64,000 nt of DNA. Origin: the human T2T-CHM13v2.0 reference genome, Homo sapiens. The notes below the pieces were generated by a model that saw only the letters and a program-made list of their open reading frames with translations, made no database searches and was not told the DNA's origin. The stretch's first letter is position 1. Each line of letters begins with the position of its first letter. The stretch lies in assembly GCF_009914755.1 (NCBI RefSeq), contig NC_060937.1; one strand, 5' to 3'. Shown piece after piece: positions 18,111 through 31,827 of the stretch. Both the position numbers and the translations under genes were made by a program.

Positions 18111-18482
18111 AAAAATGTACCCTGATGTAGTCTGAAACATGAAAATGACAGTTTTTTCTAAGCATAAAATTGTTATATTAAACATGCACTTTAAAACTAC
18201 CTTCCCTGCACCCCCCATCATCTGCCTGCCCCATCACATGCACAGGAGAATGTGCTAAGCCTGAGCTTGGGGATATTAACCTCAACGGAGACAGAATCAA
18301 GACCCTAGGGAAACCAACACAGGGAGCAGAAAGCAGGGTGTGGCCCTAAGCAGGTGCACAGGTTGAAGAATCTATGGCAATACCTTGAAAAATGACCGCA
18401 GTGATAATATGTACCAACCCATAGAGAACTGGTACCAGGTGCTGTTCTTTGATATGTTTAGCCACTTCCTGTGGAGTACTAT

Positions 18483-18891
18483 TGTTGGGAAAAAACTGAG
18501 TGTTGGGAGGGAAACTGAGGCAGGGCTTGCGTAACGTCCTCTGGAATGTGTCTAGACTTGCTGGCTCCTTGCTTCTAGCCTTCCTAGGCTCCTGTTCCCA
18601 TTATCTCAAGTAGCAGAATATGTTCCATATAAATGCTAAACCATCGCAGCTGTAAATCATGTACTTAATGCAACGTGTCCTTTTGACCTCCACATTCTCA
18701 CCATCTGTTTCTTTGTTGGATTATCAATAAATACCGTGGGCTCCCAGAGCTCGGGGCCTTCGCAGCCTCCACCATAGTGATGGCATACTAGTGTCCCACC
18801 TTTCTCTCTCAAACTGTCTTTTTCTCAATCCTTTGACTCCACTGGACTTTGTCACCCCCATGACCTGGTGTTGGGTCTGATCACCCCAACA
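18483..18891 (+). mobile_element. LTR3-type (HERV-K HML-6) solo LTR inserted in a MIR
   Basis: TGTTGGG...CCCAACA terminal inverted ends; ACTAT TSD (18478-82 / 18892-96); internal TATAAA and AATAAA. Confidence 0.85.
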
Positions 18892-19829
18892 ACTATTATC
18901 ACACCCACACTGGAGATGAGAACATGGAGGCACAGAAAGGTAAAGCAATTTGTCTAAAGTCTCACAGCTAACAAGCAGCAGAGCCAGGAGTGGCCGTGGG
19001 ATCCACACTCCTGACCATCTGCAGTATGCTCCTGGCAGGCTTTTGGGTGCACTGTCTCAAGTAGGGAAACTGGGCAGCTGTGATTATCCTGTTTAAACCT
19101 CAAACCCACTCTGTGAAGTAGACACTATCATTATCTCCACTATATGGATGAGGAAGCTGAGGCTCAGACAGGTTACCTGACTTGCCCCAATCACAAAGTG
19201 GGCTGGGACTCAGGCTTACTTTTATACTACATCAAGCCCTTTCCGTTTCACTAAACTACTTGACACCAAAACAAGTAATCACAGATGCAGGACTGGGTCT
19301 TAGTACCAGCGATGGGGCCAAATCTACAGGGTGTTTATCAGCTTAACAAATGGAGTGATAAGCTCTAACACAATCTACATGTTGAATAATATCTGTATTC
19401 CCATGACCTATGTGAAAATATTTAGAGTACAGGTGCAAGTGCTTGTGCTCTACTTCACAGTGGGAAATTTATGTGGATTACAATCCATTAGTTCTAGAAT
19501 CTAGGAAATTAAGATCTCACCCCATCATCTGTTCAGAGATGTTCATTTTCATGTGAGGAATAGTAACATTCCCCAGCATGAGGTTCTGGTCTAATGTTTG
19601 TAGAGAAACACCAGCCAGCATCAAGCACACTGTTTTGTTCAGCTGTCTGTTTTGTTTTGTAGCAAGAGTTCCTCAATGAAGGAAGCAGTATGATTTATAC
19701 CCCAGTGTACAACCCCTTCCTTCACTACAGACTGATGATAGACGGTTCCTTGACCAGCTGCTTTGAGGAGCCCCGTTCTAAACTATGAAGCCAGCCAACC
19801 ACAGATTTAAGGAGAAATAAGACACATAC

Positions 19830-20909
19830 CTCTGTCTGTAGACTGAGGAGTTCTGTCCAAGGCACAGCATCCTGCCAGTGTTGTGTGCACACTATTTCAT
19901 CCTCTTCTTTTACTTCCAGAAAGCACGGGATACTGTCATCTTTTGTATCACATTTTATTTGTAAAAAGCAGCTGTCTTGAAGTACTTCTGATAGCTCATC
20001 ACTTTCTGTGTCAGAACTTTGAAAAGCAAAGACAGGACATCGACTTCCTTCGAGACTGCCTACTGATTCTTCTAGAAGACAGAGATCTACTGGGGTAGTC
20101 CGGGACTGACTGCAAAGAGCCTCAGGTAAAGCAGAGGCCATTGGCAGCCTAAGGTTGGCAGTCAAAGAGGCTGCGGAAGGTTGAAAATGAAAAGGAGAGT
20201 AAGCAGAGGGATGATAAGACCCAAAACCTCTGATGGGATCAGGGTCTGTAGGAAGAGAGAAATGAAGCTGGGGAGAATCCAGCTCAGGGAAGGTGCCAGC
20301 AGAAGGCCTGGTAGTAAAGCCTCCAGGATGTTGCAGTGGAGCAGACTGTGCAGAGCTTAATGAGCTCCCTGAAAAAACAATGCCACAATAGGGTGCAGAA
20401 GGTGGGTTCTGGGGAGGTCCTGTGGGACAAGACGCCGACTGTGGGATCCAGTCAGCACAAGTGCCAGGCACAGGGCCTTGGCTGAATTGAGATGCATCAA
20501 ACTGTCTGGGAGGAGCAGCTGAACCGAAACTAGCTACCTGACGATATGAGGCAAAAGACAAGGAAGCAGGACTGTGAGCGCGGGCAGTCGGGGGAAGATA
20601 GGAACCAACGGCCGGAGCCAAAATAGGAAAAAAGCTAGAAGTAGATGTTTCCCATGGACTGACTTTCTTAAATAGTGGTTCAGTTGCTGTTGGTTTACAT
20701 GACTCTGTCCAACTTAAATCCAATAGCTTTTCCACACCTCCACGTTCCAAATTTGATGTGAAAGCTGGTAGTACACCTAAGCCATCCTCTTCAAAATCTT
20801 CAGAAACTTCTGGCTGAGATAATTCCATTTTTCTTTTGGAAAATGGAATTTTCCTATGTTTTCGTTTGGATAAACGTAATTCTGGCCACTCAGAGGATGC
20901 TAAAAGAGA
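19830..20909 (-). CDS. PARP4: PARP4 exon 31 (large Ser/Pro-rich exon with basic NLS-like KRKHRK; start of MVP-interacting region)
   Basis: 1080 bp = 360 codons, SLLASSEWPELRLSKRKHRK...WTELLSLQTE, inside ORF 19725..21020; AG at 20910-1, GT at 19828-9. Confidence 0.97.
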
Positions 20910-21069
20910 CTGCCCAGAAGACAGAATTATTAACGTAAGGGGAAAACACAGAATAAAAAGAACAATCAAGCAAACATTCTTCCTAGCACTTGACTTCCCA
21001 CCCATCAGGCAGTTGCTCATCCAGAATCAGGATCATCAATGTGAGCTGGGATGTTGAAAATAACACCAG

Positions 21070-22041
21070 TGCTGCGTGCAGCAGCTCACGCGTGTCATCT
21101 CAGCACTTTGGGAGGCCGAGGAGGAAGGATCGCTCAAGGCTAGGAGTTTGAGAACAGCTTAGGTGACACAGCGAGGCTCCATCTTTACAAAAAATAAAAA
21201 ATTAGACAGGTGTAGTGGCTCATGACTGTAGTCCCAGCCACCTGGGAGGCTGAGGCAGGAGGAGTGCTTGAGCCTGAGAGGCTGAGGCAGCTATGAGAAC
21301 AGATTTGCACTACTGCTCTCCAGCCTGTGTGAGAGGGCAATATTCTGTCTCAAAAAAAAAAAAAAAAAAAGAAAGAAAGAAAATAATGCCACCAGAGACA
21401 TTCAAGATCATTTCAGTACAAGGCTGTCTATTTCTAGACATGGAAGCTGAGACCTGGAGAGAATATCAGCAATCAATATATTGAAAGACCTTCTCTCTTA
21501 GTTCTTAGTTCTTAGAATTGCGGAATTTTAAACACCCCTCATTTTACACATGAGGGAACTGAGGAGCACAGAAGTGACTTGCCCAAGATTTTACAATGAG
21601 CAGTATCACAGGGTGTACTTAGGCCTAAAATAAGACAGTCATTTGAAGTCAATTATTGCAGTTTTTATACTGCTTTACAGCAATATTAAGAAAATGAGAT
21701 CAAAATGGAAAAACAGTCTCAAAAGCTTTATTTATTTTTACTTACTCATTTTTTGAGACAGGGTCTTGCTCTGTTGCCTGGGGCTGGAGTGCAATGGCAC
21801 AATCACAACTCACTATAGCCTTGAACTCCTGGGCTCAAGTGATCCTCTCGCCTCAGACTCCCCAGTAGCTGGGACTATGAGCATGTGACACCATACCCAG
21901 CTAATTTTTAAATTATTCTTTTGTAGAGATGTGGTCTCATTATGTTGACCAGACTGGTTTTGAACTCCTGGGCTCAAGTGATCCTCTCAGCTTGGCCCCT
22001 CAAAGTGCTAGGATTACAGGTGTGAGACACTGTGTCCAGCC
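21070..22041. mobile_element. AluJ (+, about 21070-21372) and AluJ (-, about 21745-22041)
   Basis: Alu consensus matches. Confidence 0.85.
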
Positions 22042-22399
22042 AAAAGCTTTCAAGTAATTAAATGAACATATAATTATACTAGAACATGAACAATATGTAT
22101 GTAAAACAAATTTTGAGGGATGCTATATTACTACTATTGTTTCAATCTAAATGTAAAGAGTGTTCCTTAAAAAGTTGCATGTATAAAATCCAGTTTTATA
22201 TGCATGTCAAGTCCTTGATATTTTTGAAATAATTAGCCTGTAATTTTACCTGTGAATATGAATGATTTAAAAAAGGAGTAGTCCTTTCCCAACTCAGTCA
22301 AATTTCAAGTTTATACCTGAATAATTAATATTATAGAACATATGAAAAGACATATTTTAAAATAATGCTAACCAGAGGTTAAATTTTTAAAAATTAGAG

Positions 22400-23130
22400 A
22401 AGCAAACTGGAAAAAACCAATCAATAGTGATGGACTAGAACTATCAGATATTAAAGTCTCTTATAAAATTATAATAATTATAGTAGACGAATCAATGGAA
22501 CAGAGTAGGTAAGTCCAGCAATAGCTCCTAAATCTGAGAATTACTAGATTATGAAGGTGGCATTTCAAGTCAATAAGAGGAAAAGGAGGAGCCATCTGGA
22601 AAAGAATAAAGTTGGTTCCATATCTCTTATCCTATGCTAGGATAAATTTCAATCAGATGAAAAATTGAATGTAAACATGAAAACATAAAACTATTTTAAA
22701 AATAAAGGGAAAAATTTTAAAAGTATAATCTCTGACTAGGAAAGGTATTTCTAAGCATGATGAAAAGCAAAACAACACTAAACAAAAAGAAGAAACACAA
22801 AGATTAAAAATTTGACTGCATTAAAAAATCTGCATGACCAAAAGATAATAAGCAACATCAAAATAACATGTGGAATACCGGGAAACAAATTTTCACAACT
22901 CATATCACAAAGGGCTAATTTCCCTAACATAAAAAGTTTACCTAAGATAAATAAAAAAATGACTAAAATCTCAATTAAAAAAATAAAAGATGTGAACAGA
23001 TAACACCCAGGAAGTGATACATAGGGCTGTAAGAATATAAAACATGCTCCTCTTCATTCATAAAGAAACAAAAACTTAAATGTCACCAATACATTTTTCA
23101 CCTGTAAGATATGCAAAGATCAAAAAATTG
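22400..23130 (+). mobile_element. Old L1M ORF2 3' fragment
   Basis: A-rich; aatcaatggaacagagtagg, agatgtgaacaga motifs. Confidence 0.6.
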
Positions 23131-23351
23131 ATTAAGTCAGGTATTGTGGAGCATCCCAGCTACTCAGGAGGCTGAGGTGAGAGGATCGCTGGAGGCCAGG
23201 AGTTCAAAGCTGTAGTGCTCTGTGATAGAGCCTGTGAATAGTCACTGCACCCCAGCCTGGGTGACAGAGTGAGACTCCATCTCAAAAAAAAAAAAGAATC
23301 ATACTGAGAAATACGGGTCATTTTTGTTTATTTTATAAAACTCCTTCTTGA

Positions 23352-23588
<237 letters not shown>

Positions 23589-23601
23589 TGATCACCTAAG
23601 G

Positions 23602-23872
23602 TGTGGTCCCCAACCTTTATGGCAGTGGGGACTGGTTTCATGGAAGGCAATTTTTCCATGGACAGGGGTGGGGCAGATGGTTTTGGGATGAAAGTATTCC
23701 ACATGTTCCATATGCACAGTTCACAACAGGTTCGGGGCTCCCATGAGAATCTACTGCCGCTGCTGACGTGACAGGAGGCGAGCTCAGGCGGTAATGCTCC
23801 CTCACTGCCCCTCACCTCCTGCTGTGCAGCCTGGTTCCTAACAGGCCAGGGACTGGGGGTTGGGGACCCCTG
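23602..23872 (+). mobile_element. MER1B-type hAT/Charlie MITE
   Basis: GGTCCCCAACC...GGTTGGGGACCCCTG terminal inverted repeats; 8-bp TSD-like ACCTAAGG/ATTTAAGG. Confidence 0.8.
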
Positions 23873-24612
23873 ATTTAAGGAACAGCGTGGGCTCTGGACC
23901 CTCAGCTTCAGTGCCCTCAATTTCTTGCTAAGAGTTATAGCACTGAATTTTACAAATGATTTACTTTAAAAACTTGGATTAGGAGGTATGTTTTAAAAAT
24001 CTCTGCCTCTCGCTTGTTCTCAATGTGCTTTCATGAGCGGGAGGGAACGAAGTGGATTTGGGGTTGGTGCAGAAGACACTGCGCCTAAGCCCAGGCGTGG
24101 CTGTGGGAGGACAAGAGCACACAGCACTGAGCGCTGTCCTTCCTGAGCACGTCCCAGCAGAAAAGGTGTTGCGCTCCCTGGAGGGTCTCATTTCACAATG
24201 AAGATGTATCAAATAAGGAAATGCCCCAAGCTTCAGCGAGTCGGGAAGGACCAAACAGACCTGGATGTCCGGGCTCTATTGCGGCTGGCGTGTTACTGAA
24301 TTCAGTGGAATGACTCCGTGTAGAATGCGGCAGGTGCCACATTTTGGTAAAACAGATATCGAGGAAGAGTAACAGAGGCTTGACATTTTTGCTAAATTAC
24401 ATGGTCCGTTCAAACAACTTATTGCAGCTAACATAAACTTTCAAGTCATCAAGCTAATGGATAATATTTTTCATCTGATATGTTTGGATCTGGAAGTATT
24501 AAGATCCAACGTATTTGCAAATTTAGTATGAAATAATTTATCATCACACTGTATTAAAACCTAAATTAATTTAGAACCAATTTTGAAAATAATTTCAAAA
24601 ATTTCTATAAAC

Positions 24613-26732
24613 AGGCCAGGCATGGTGGCTCGCTCCTGTAATCCCAGCTACTTGGGAGTCTGAGGTAGGAGGATCTCTAGAGCCCAGGAGGTCGAGGCTG
24701 CGGTGAACTATGATGGTGCCACTGCACTCCAGCCTGGGCAACAGAGTAAGACCCTGTCTCAAAAAAAAAAAAAAATCTAAAAACAACACATGTGCACTAT
24801 GAGAAAATTAGAAAATACAAGTAGACACAAGTAGACAGACACAAAGAAGAAAATAAAAGCCATACAGAATGTCTTATCTGATCTATGGCCTATATCCCTC
24901 CAGACCTTTTCTGTGAACAAAACACTTAACGTATGTAGCAGAGTGTAGGGGCGTATCTCTTATTTTTGTTAATTTAATTTTTATTGTGGGAAAAATGTAT
25001 ATAACAATGTTTGCTATGTTAGTCATTTTTAGAGTTTAGTGGCACGAGGTACATTCACACTGTTGTGCAACCATGACCATCTCCATTTTCAGAGCTGCTT
25101 CTGGGTGTGCCCTTTTGAAGCACATATAAGATAAGTATATATTTTCCAGGGCCCATTTTAACAGTAAGTCTCAAGGACAAACAGTTGATTCTTAATTGTA
25201 CATCAGAATTTTTTTTTCCCCAAAACAATGCACTCCAAGGGCCCCTGTGCAGTCAGAGAGAGGCCACAGGTCACAGCCCCTCAGCTTAGCCCCTCGCTTT
25301 CCTTCAAGCAGCCCTGAGTCCCATTCTTTGGCTGACCTGGAAGTCCGGACCAGTGTGGGAGCCCACGATGTTGCCAACATCTGCCCTGCCTGTGGGTGAG
25401 CCTACGGGGCCACCTGAGCCTGGCTGAATGCACCTCCTACTACTCCTGACTCCCCAAACTCTTTGTGTTTGCTTAAAGTATTATTTTTCTTTCATGGGCA
25501 ATCCATGCCCATGGTTCAAAATTCAAAATATACAAAAGGGTGCACTGTAAGAAAGCAAGGCTGGGGACAGTGGCCCATGCCTGAAATCCCAGCACTTTGG
25601 GAGGCCGAGGCGGGTGAATCAGGAGTTCGAGACTAGCCTGGCCAACATGGTGAAACCCCATCTCTACTAAAAATACAAAAATTAGCTGAGTGTGGTGGCG
25701 CGTACCTGTAATCTCAGCAACTCAGGAGACTGAGGAACGAGAATTGCTTGAACCCAGGAGGTAGAGGTTGCAGTGAATTGAGATCATGCCACTGCACTCA
25801 ACCCTGGGCGACAGAGCGAGACTCTATCTCAAAAAAAAAAAAAATTAAAATTAAAAAAAAAAAAAAAAAAGAAATCAAGTATCCCTCCAAACCCAAGGCC
25901 ACTTTTCAGCTTTCTGCCCCATCTGTTTGGGCAACAGTGCCCGTTTCAGACACCTTTGAGAATTAATAACTACAGCTAATATTTATCAAATATCCAGGAG
26001 CTAGACGTGTTGGAATGGTCTTAGAACTCTTCACAACCACCTGAGGTGGATTTTACTGCTCTCCCCACTAGGGCATTAGGACTGGGGCACTGGGAAGGTC
26101 AAGTCCCAGAGAGTGAAGCGCGGGCTGGGGTTCAGACCTGAGCATTCGGCCACAGCACCTGTGATCTTAACCACTGTGTTTACTGACTTTCAATCATCTA
26201 CCTTTTGTGATCTTTGCCAACCTGACAGAGTTAAAAAATAAAAAGGAATCTCATGGCAGTTTACATTTTAACTTCTTTTAGAAACAAGGTTGCACATCTT
26301 TCGTATATTATTTTCTTATTTATGATCAAATCCTCACTCTGTCACTAAGGCTGGAGTGTAGGGGTGCCATTTTGGCTCACTGCAACCTCTGCTTCCTAGG
26401 TGCAAGCATCCTCCTGCCACAGCCTCTTGAGTAGCTGGGACTACAGGCAAGCACCACCACGCCCAGCTAATTTTTGTATTTTTTTGTAGCGACAGGGTTT
26501 CACCATGTTGCCCAGGCTGGTCTTGAACTTGTGGGCTCAAGTCGTCTGCTGCCTCAGCCTCCCATAGTGCTGGAATTACAAGTATGAGCCACTGTGCCCG
26601 CCCTAAAAGACTTTTTGTAGAGATGAGGTCTCGCTTTGTTGCCCAGGCTGGTCTCAAACTCCTGGCTGAAGTGATTTTTCCCACCTCAGCTTCCCAAAGT
26701 GCTGGGATTACAGGCGTGAACCACGGTGCCGG
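24613..26732. mobile_element. Alu elements: about 24613-24776 (+ monomer), 25559-25870 (+), 26330-26602 (-), 26610-26732 (- monomer)
   Basis: Alu consensus matches. Confidence 0.85.
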
Positions 26733-27277
26733 ATCAGATTTTAAATTTTTAAATTCTGGAAATTTTAGTTTTTTAACCTAGAGACCTAAGAGGGTTGTCA
26801 GCACTGTGTTGTTCCTTTGTTTTTGAATTTTTCTTCCAATTTTTATTTAAGCCACATTTTTCCATTTCTATTATGTTTCTGGTTATAAGGGCCACGGTAT
26901 AAAGCACTATAAACTTTAAGAAATATTGGTGGTGAATTTAGATTATTAGATAGCACTTCTATTGATAATTTCATGACAAACCTATTATACTACCTAAATG
27001 ACTTTAGCTTCCTGGATGACAATCTATTTGCCCATGATAGAAGCACAGCCAGAGGTGTTCTCTTTTTGTACTATACAGCTCCATTCACACATTGTGAAGT
27101 CTCTGTAATGCAACATGATGTAATTCAACATTTTATAAATGCATGAATATTTTCCATCATCAGGGATACAACTTCTTCATGTACAGGTAAGAAGGGAGCT
27201 ATTTTAGCAAAGGGTTCCCTTCATCTTCATGAAAAAACGAAAGCTCAATATCAACTTATTCGGTAATCAGCATTTAC

Positions 27278-27400
27278 CTGGTTCCTGACGGCTTCTTGGG
27301 GCTCCCCCTGCCAGCTCATGTAGGGCAGGAAGTCTACATCTTCTTTGGCAATAAGTTCAGAAACTTTTGGAATATCAGGAAAAGGCGACTCATTCTCATC
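27278..27400 (-). CDS. PARP4: PARP4 exon 30
   Basis: DENESPFPDIPKVSELIAKEDVDFLPYMSWQGEPQEAVRNQ; 123 bp; AG/GTAAA. Confidence 0.96.
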
Positions 27401-28021
27401 CTATATTGAATCACAAATAGATTAAATCAAACAGATGTTATCCAATTAAATGATGACTACACATTCTAAAGCCTATGGGGTGTTGGTTTGGGATATGCTG
27501 GTGTGTGGGACTGGAGCTTGTGCTGTGGGCCACAAGCGTGAGGGGAAGTGGGGAGGTGGAGTGGCTTTCCTCTTTACGGAGCACTGGCAGGTGCTGGCCA
27601 CTGTGCTGGGCACGTTACGTGAATTTCCCCCTTAAACTTATGAAGGGGAAGGGCTCTCAGGGAACCCAGGCCTTTTCGGCCTTTTCTATTTTTTGAGGGT
27701 CTTGGATTAATAAAAGACAATAAACGCCAAAACTGTAACAAAATTATAGTATAACCGAAAAGTACACATTAGCCAATTGTTAATAATAACATTAAAAATG
27801 ATAACATACTCAACTCATTTAGAAAGATCACCCTAAGTCCCAACACCGAAGCCCCCCATGAATGGGAGGCTGGGACTCGTGGGGCCTGCTGACCTGTCTG
27901 CAACCCACACTTCCCAGGCCCAGGGTGTGGATGTCGTCATTAACCATCAAAGCAAGGGTGACTTTCTTAATGTGGAAATATAAATAAAATAATTTAACCT
28001 CGAATTACCAATAATACATAC

Positions 28022-28117
28022 CCTTTTCTCAACTGCCACAAAGCTTGTAAATTGTGTTATGAGAGAGTTTTCTTTACTGAGTTTAATAATCAGAGATTTC
28101 AAGGTTTGTTTTTTCAT
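28022..28117 (-). CDS. PARP4: PARP4 exon 29
   Basis: MKKQTLKSLIIKLSKENSLITQFTSFVAVEKR; 96 bp; AG/GT. Confidence 0.95.
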
Positions 28118-29081
28118 CTAGGATAGAATAAAACATAAATCATGTCCTGTTTTATTTCTATTTCGCTATGTCAGTAAATCATTTTAAGATTCGTATTTCA
28201 GACTAAATATTGAATTGCAGGTCCCATCTAAATCGGTGGCTCAATATTCCCTTTAAAATGAGATGAACTGACTTAGTCATAGAAAATGTCGCTCTTCATT
28301 ATTCAGCTCCCTCTAGTTCAGAGAGCTCTCCCGGGCAGTGGGCTTTCTCATTCTTTCACAGTCTGTGGCTCCCAATTTAAAGCTGAGGAATTGGAAAGAT
28401 GGAATGACTTGTTCAGGATAAAAGGGCCTTAAACAAAACAGCACACAGAGGCTGCCAACCCAGCAGCATCTGAGGAGAATAGGGAGACCACCAGGTGACC
28501 ATCTGTCACTAGAACTGACTGTGAGGGTCTCCAGGGCCTGCTGTCACCTTCTTGTGGGGATGGCATTGAGGACTAACGTTCACAGCCTTGTTGAAGATCT
28601 CATCCCTCAGAGAACAGCTGGGCAGTCCCGGTGGCCTGGCTGAGGGGCCCCTCTGCTGAGGCCCTGGTCTGCACAGCATGGGGGGAGTCAGGTGGGCTTT
28701 GGCAGGTCACTCAGCATTTCGCTCTCAGGCCTCTCATCAGTAAGATGGGAATACTAACGCTACCACACGAGAGATCTGAGGTGACGTCCACTACAGGCAC
28801 TCAGCGAGTGTTCTCTGAGCCCTCCTCGGGCTTCTTCTGATAAGTAAAACATTACAGAATTTTCTGGAAACCACTGACATCCATCCTTTTGTTAATTCAT
28901 TCAACAAACATTTACCACACACCCCACATCCCAGGCACAGTGTCACAGATACAGTGATGAATGCCCTGACACCAGTCTCCTTCTCCACGCAGCTGACCTC
29001 ACTTTCCATTTCCACAGATAAAATCAATGTAAGAATGCTCAAGAAGAATGTCTAATCATTTTTACAATGAAAAGAACAAAC

Positions 29082-29162
29082 CTCATGACTGGTTTCATTT
29101 TCGTGAAGAATGCCATCTTCATAATCTCTGATTAGAGCTCGGGCTGCCAGCTTGTGGATCAT
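29082..29162 (-). CDS. PARP4: PARP4 exon 28
   Basis: MIHKLAARALIRDYEDGILHENETSHE; 81 bp; AG/GT. Confidence 0.95.
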
Positions 29163-30086
29163 CTGTGTTTAAGCAGCAAAGGAAAAAAAATATTCACATG
29201 GCTTCTAATATAAGACTTGCAAAGAACATCATTTTAAAAATGGAGGTATAATCTGCATACAGTAAAATGCACTCCTCTTAAATACACAGTTTGATGAGTC
29301 TTAAGGGATGTATACAGTTGTGTGACTACTGTTGAAGTGAAGACACAGAACATTCTCTTTTCCCTGAAAAGTTCCTGTGTGCCCGTGTAGCTTCCTCAAG
29401 CCCTGGCAGCTCCTCATCTGCTTTCTGTCCCTAGAGTTTTGCTTTTTCTATAAAAGGCCATTTTGCTAATTCATTTTATTTAAAAAATTGAAAACTTCTT
29501 TTCTACCATGGGAAGAGCCACCTTGGCCCTGGGATGCCCGTCCGTGAACATGGTCTGCACTCTGAAGGGTGAAGACTGCACAATGTGCACCACCAGGTGC
29601 TTCCTCTCCAACAACTGAGAGATGGAACTTCCCTTCATTCCAACTCTTGTAATTTGTCATTGATAAGGCTGCTTCTCACAGAGGAAGTACAACTTGCTGT
29701 GACTTTATGGAAAACGACCTCTTCCCAGGTAAAATTATTTTACCTTCTTTCCCCCTTAGATCTAATTTTTAAAAATATACTTTTAATTTATTCTCCCTTA
29801 TCAGTACCCACAAAGATCTAATTTTTAAAGCAATATTGAGCTTAAGTTCTATACATAAGTCACTGGCAACTAGTAAGTCAATGATACCGATTTAGTGCTG
29901 AAAAGTAAGCTGTGCACTTTTGAGAAAAAAACCCAGCAATGTCTGGGAAATGATTTATCTGGTTATACTGATACTCCTTTGAATAAAAAAACTACATAAA
30001 TAGCATATATAGGCTAGGAACTTTCAAGGCTAAACTACAGTGGATTCAGTACCAGTGCAAATATTACAAACTTCTTGGTAATAATT

Positions 30087-31458
30087 TGTGATATTGTGAT
30101 ATGCAAAAAGCTAAAATAGGCCACCCCAAAAGAGACTTCTTTGGCATATTTTGAGATGCTATTCAGAGGGACAGCAGACATAGGAGTAGCTCTGAAAAGC
30201 AGTCCTTTTGCAGGGAATATTTGCATCTGCAGAGGAATCGTATGTCAGTGAAGGAAACAGCAGATGCAAACAGGCTTTCTCTGAGACCCCCTTATCTGCC
30301 TTATCCAGATTTAGGAAAGATGAACTCCCAGGAAGAGGAGGCTAAAGTCTGATACTTTAAAGGGATGATAGAGAAACCGTTACCAGAGGTGCTTCTATTC
30401 TCTCAGGGCTGCTGCCTGCCAGACTTCATCTGCATCACAAGAAAGCCTTTGCTCACCACGTGTTTCTTCCCCTCACCCTCCCACAACCTGTCCCCACCTC
30501 CCCCAGGAGCCCCACAATCCTACCCGCCTCTGTACGGTATGAAACTTCGCTCATCTGGCCCTTCTTTGAGTCTCACGTGGCTCGTGCACACGTAACGACA
30601 TCTGCATGTCTTTTCCCCTGTTAATCTATCGTTGGATTATTTTATAGACCAAACATGGAAACTTCAGAGGGAAAGTCTGAACTTCCCTACAGACATAAGA
30701 AATGTATGTATTTGTTATTCCTAACAGGACGCTTCAACCACACCTGAGTTTATGTTAATGAGGTGACTTTTAGAAAGTCCCTAGAATGAGGGCTGGTTGC
30801 TGGGGAACCAACCATATGATTAGAGGGCTGGGACTTCAACCCCACTCCCCAACCTCCAGGGAGGGGAGAGTTAATCACCAATGGCCAATGATTTAATCAA
30901 CCAGGCCTTTGTAATGAAACCTGCATTAAAAACCCCACCTAAAGGGGTTCAGGGAGCTTCTGGGTCAGCACTCATGTGCCAGGAGGATGGTGCACCCCAA
31001 CTGTATGTTAGACAGAAGCTCCTGTGCTTGGGACTATTCTGGGCCTTACCCTGTATACCTCTTCATCTGGCTGTTCATTCGTATCCTTTATAATATTCTT
31101 TACAATAAATCAGTAATACTAAGGTAAACTTTTCCTGAGTTCTGTGAGCTGTTACAGCAAATTACTGTAAGAAATTTGAGAAATTTCTGTGAGAAAGGGT
31201 TGTGGGAACACTGACTTGGAGCTGACCAGAAGTGTGGGTAACCTGGGGACCTGCTACTTGCTACCGGTGTCTGGAGTTGGAATCAGTCTTGTGGGACTGA
31301 GCCCTCAACTCTGTGAGGTCTGTGCCAACCCCAGGCGGCCAGTGTCAGAATTGAATTAAATTGTAGGACATGCAACTGGTGTCAGAGAATTGGTTGGGAA
31401 AAACACATATCTGGAAACCAGAAATGGTGTATTTGGGAAACAGGAATTTTTTCTTTCA
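30087..31458 (+). mobile_element. MER21-type LTR with a second LTR (LTR47/MER72-like, 30102-30691) nested near its 5' end
   Basis: TGTGATATTGTGATA start resumes as ...ATAAGAAATGTATGTATTTG after an inserted TG...CA element; family names from recall. Confidence 0.65.
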
Positions 31459-31827
31459 TAATTCATTTGCTTTTAATCAAAAAAGGAAATAAACCCACAT
31501 CCTCAATATACGATATGATCTACTCTTAGTCCAGTATTATTATAACTAGTATTTCTAAATAGCATCAGTAGGCCAGTGGCATGTACCTTTATTGAGTTAT
31601 GAACATCTTTGAGAACCTCTCTAGCAAAATTTCCATGCATAAATGCCATACTTAATTGCAGTTATTGCCACCCACTGATGCCCATATAGACATACCTAGA
31701 CCAAACTACCCCAGATGAAGAAGTGCTGCATTAGAAACTGAAGGAAAGTATACTCATTTGTACATATAGTCCATCTCCATATTGTGTAATGAAATTTCAA
31801 CACAGGAAAACAACAAAGTACAGAGAG

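Noticed and set aside
19725-21020. 431-aa ORF as a stand-alone gene
   Set aside because: It is PARP4 exon 31 plus in-frame intronic overhang; splice sites at 20909 and 19830 fit the neighbouring exons
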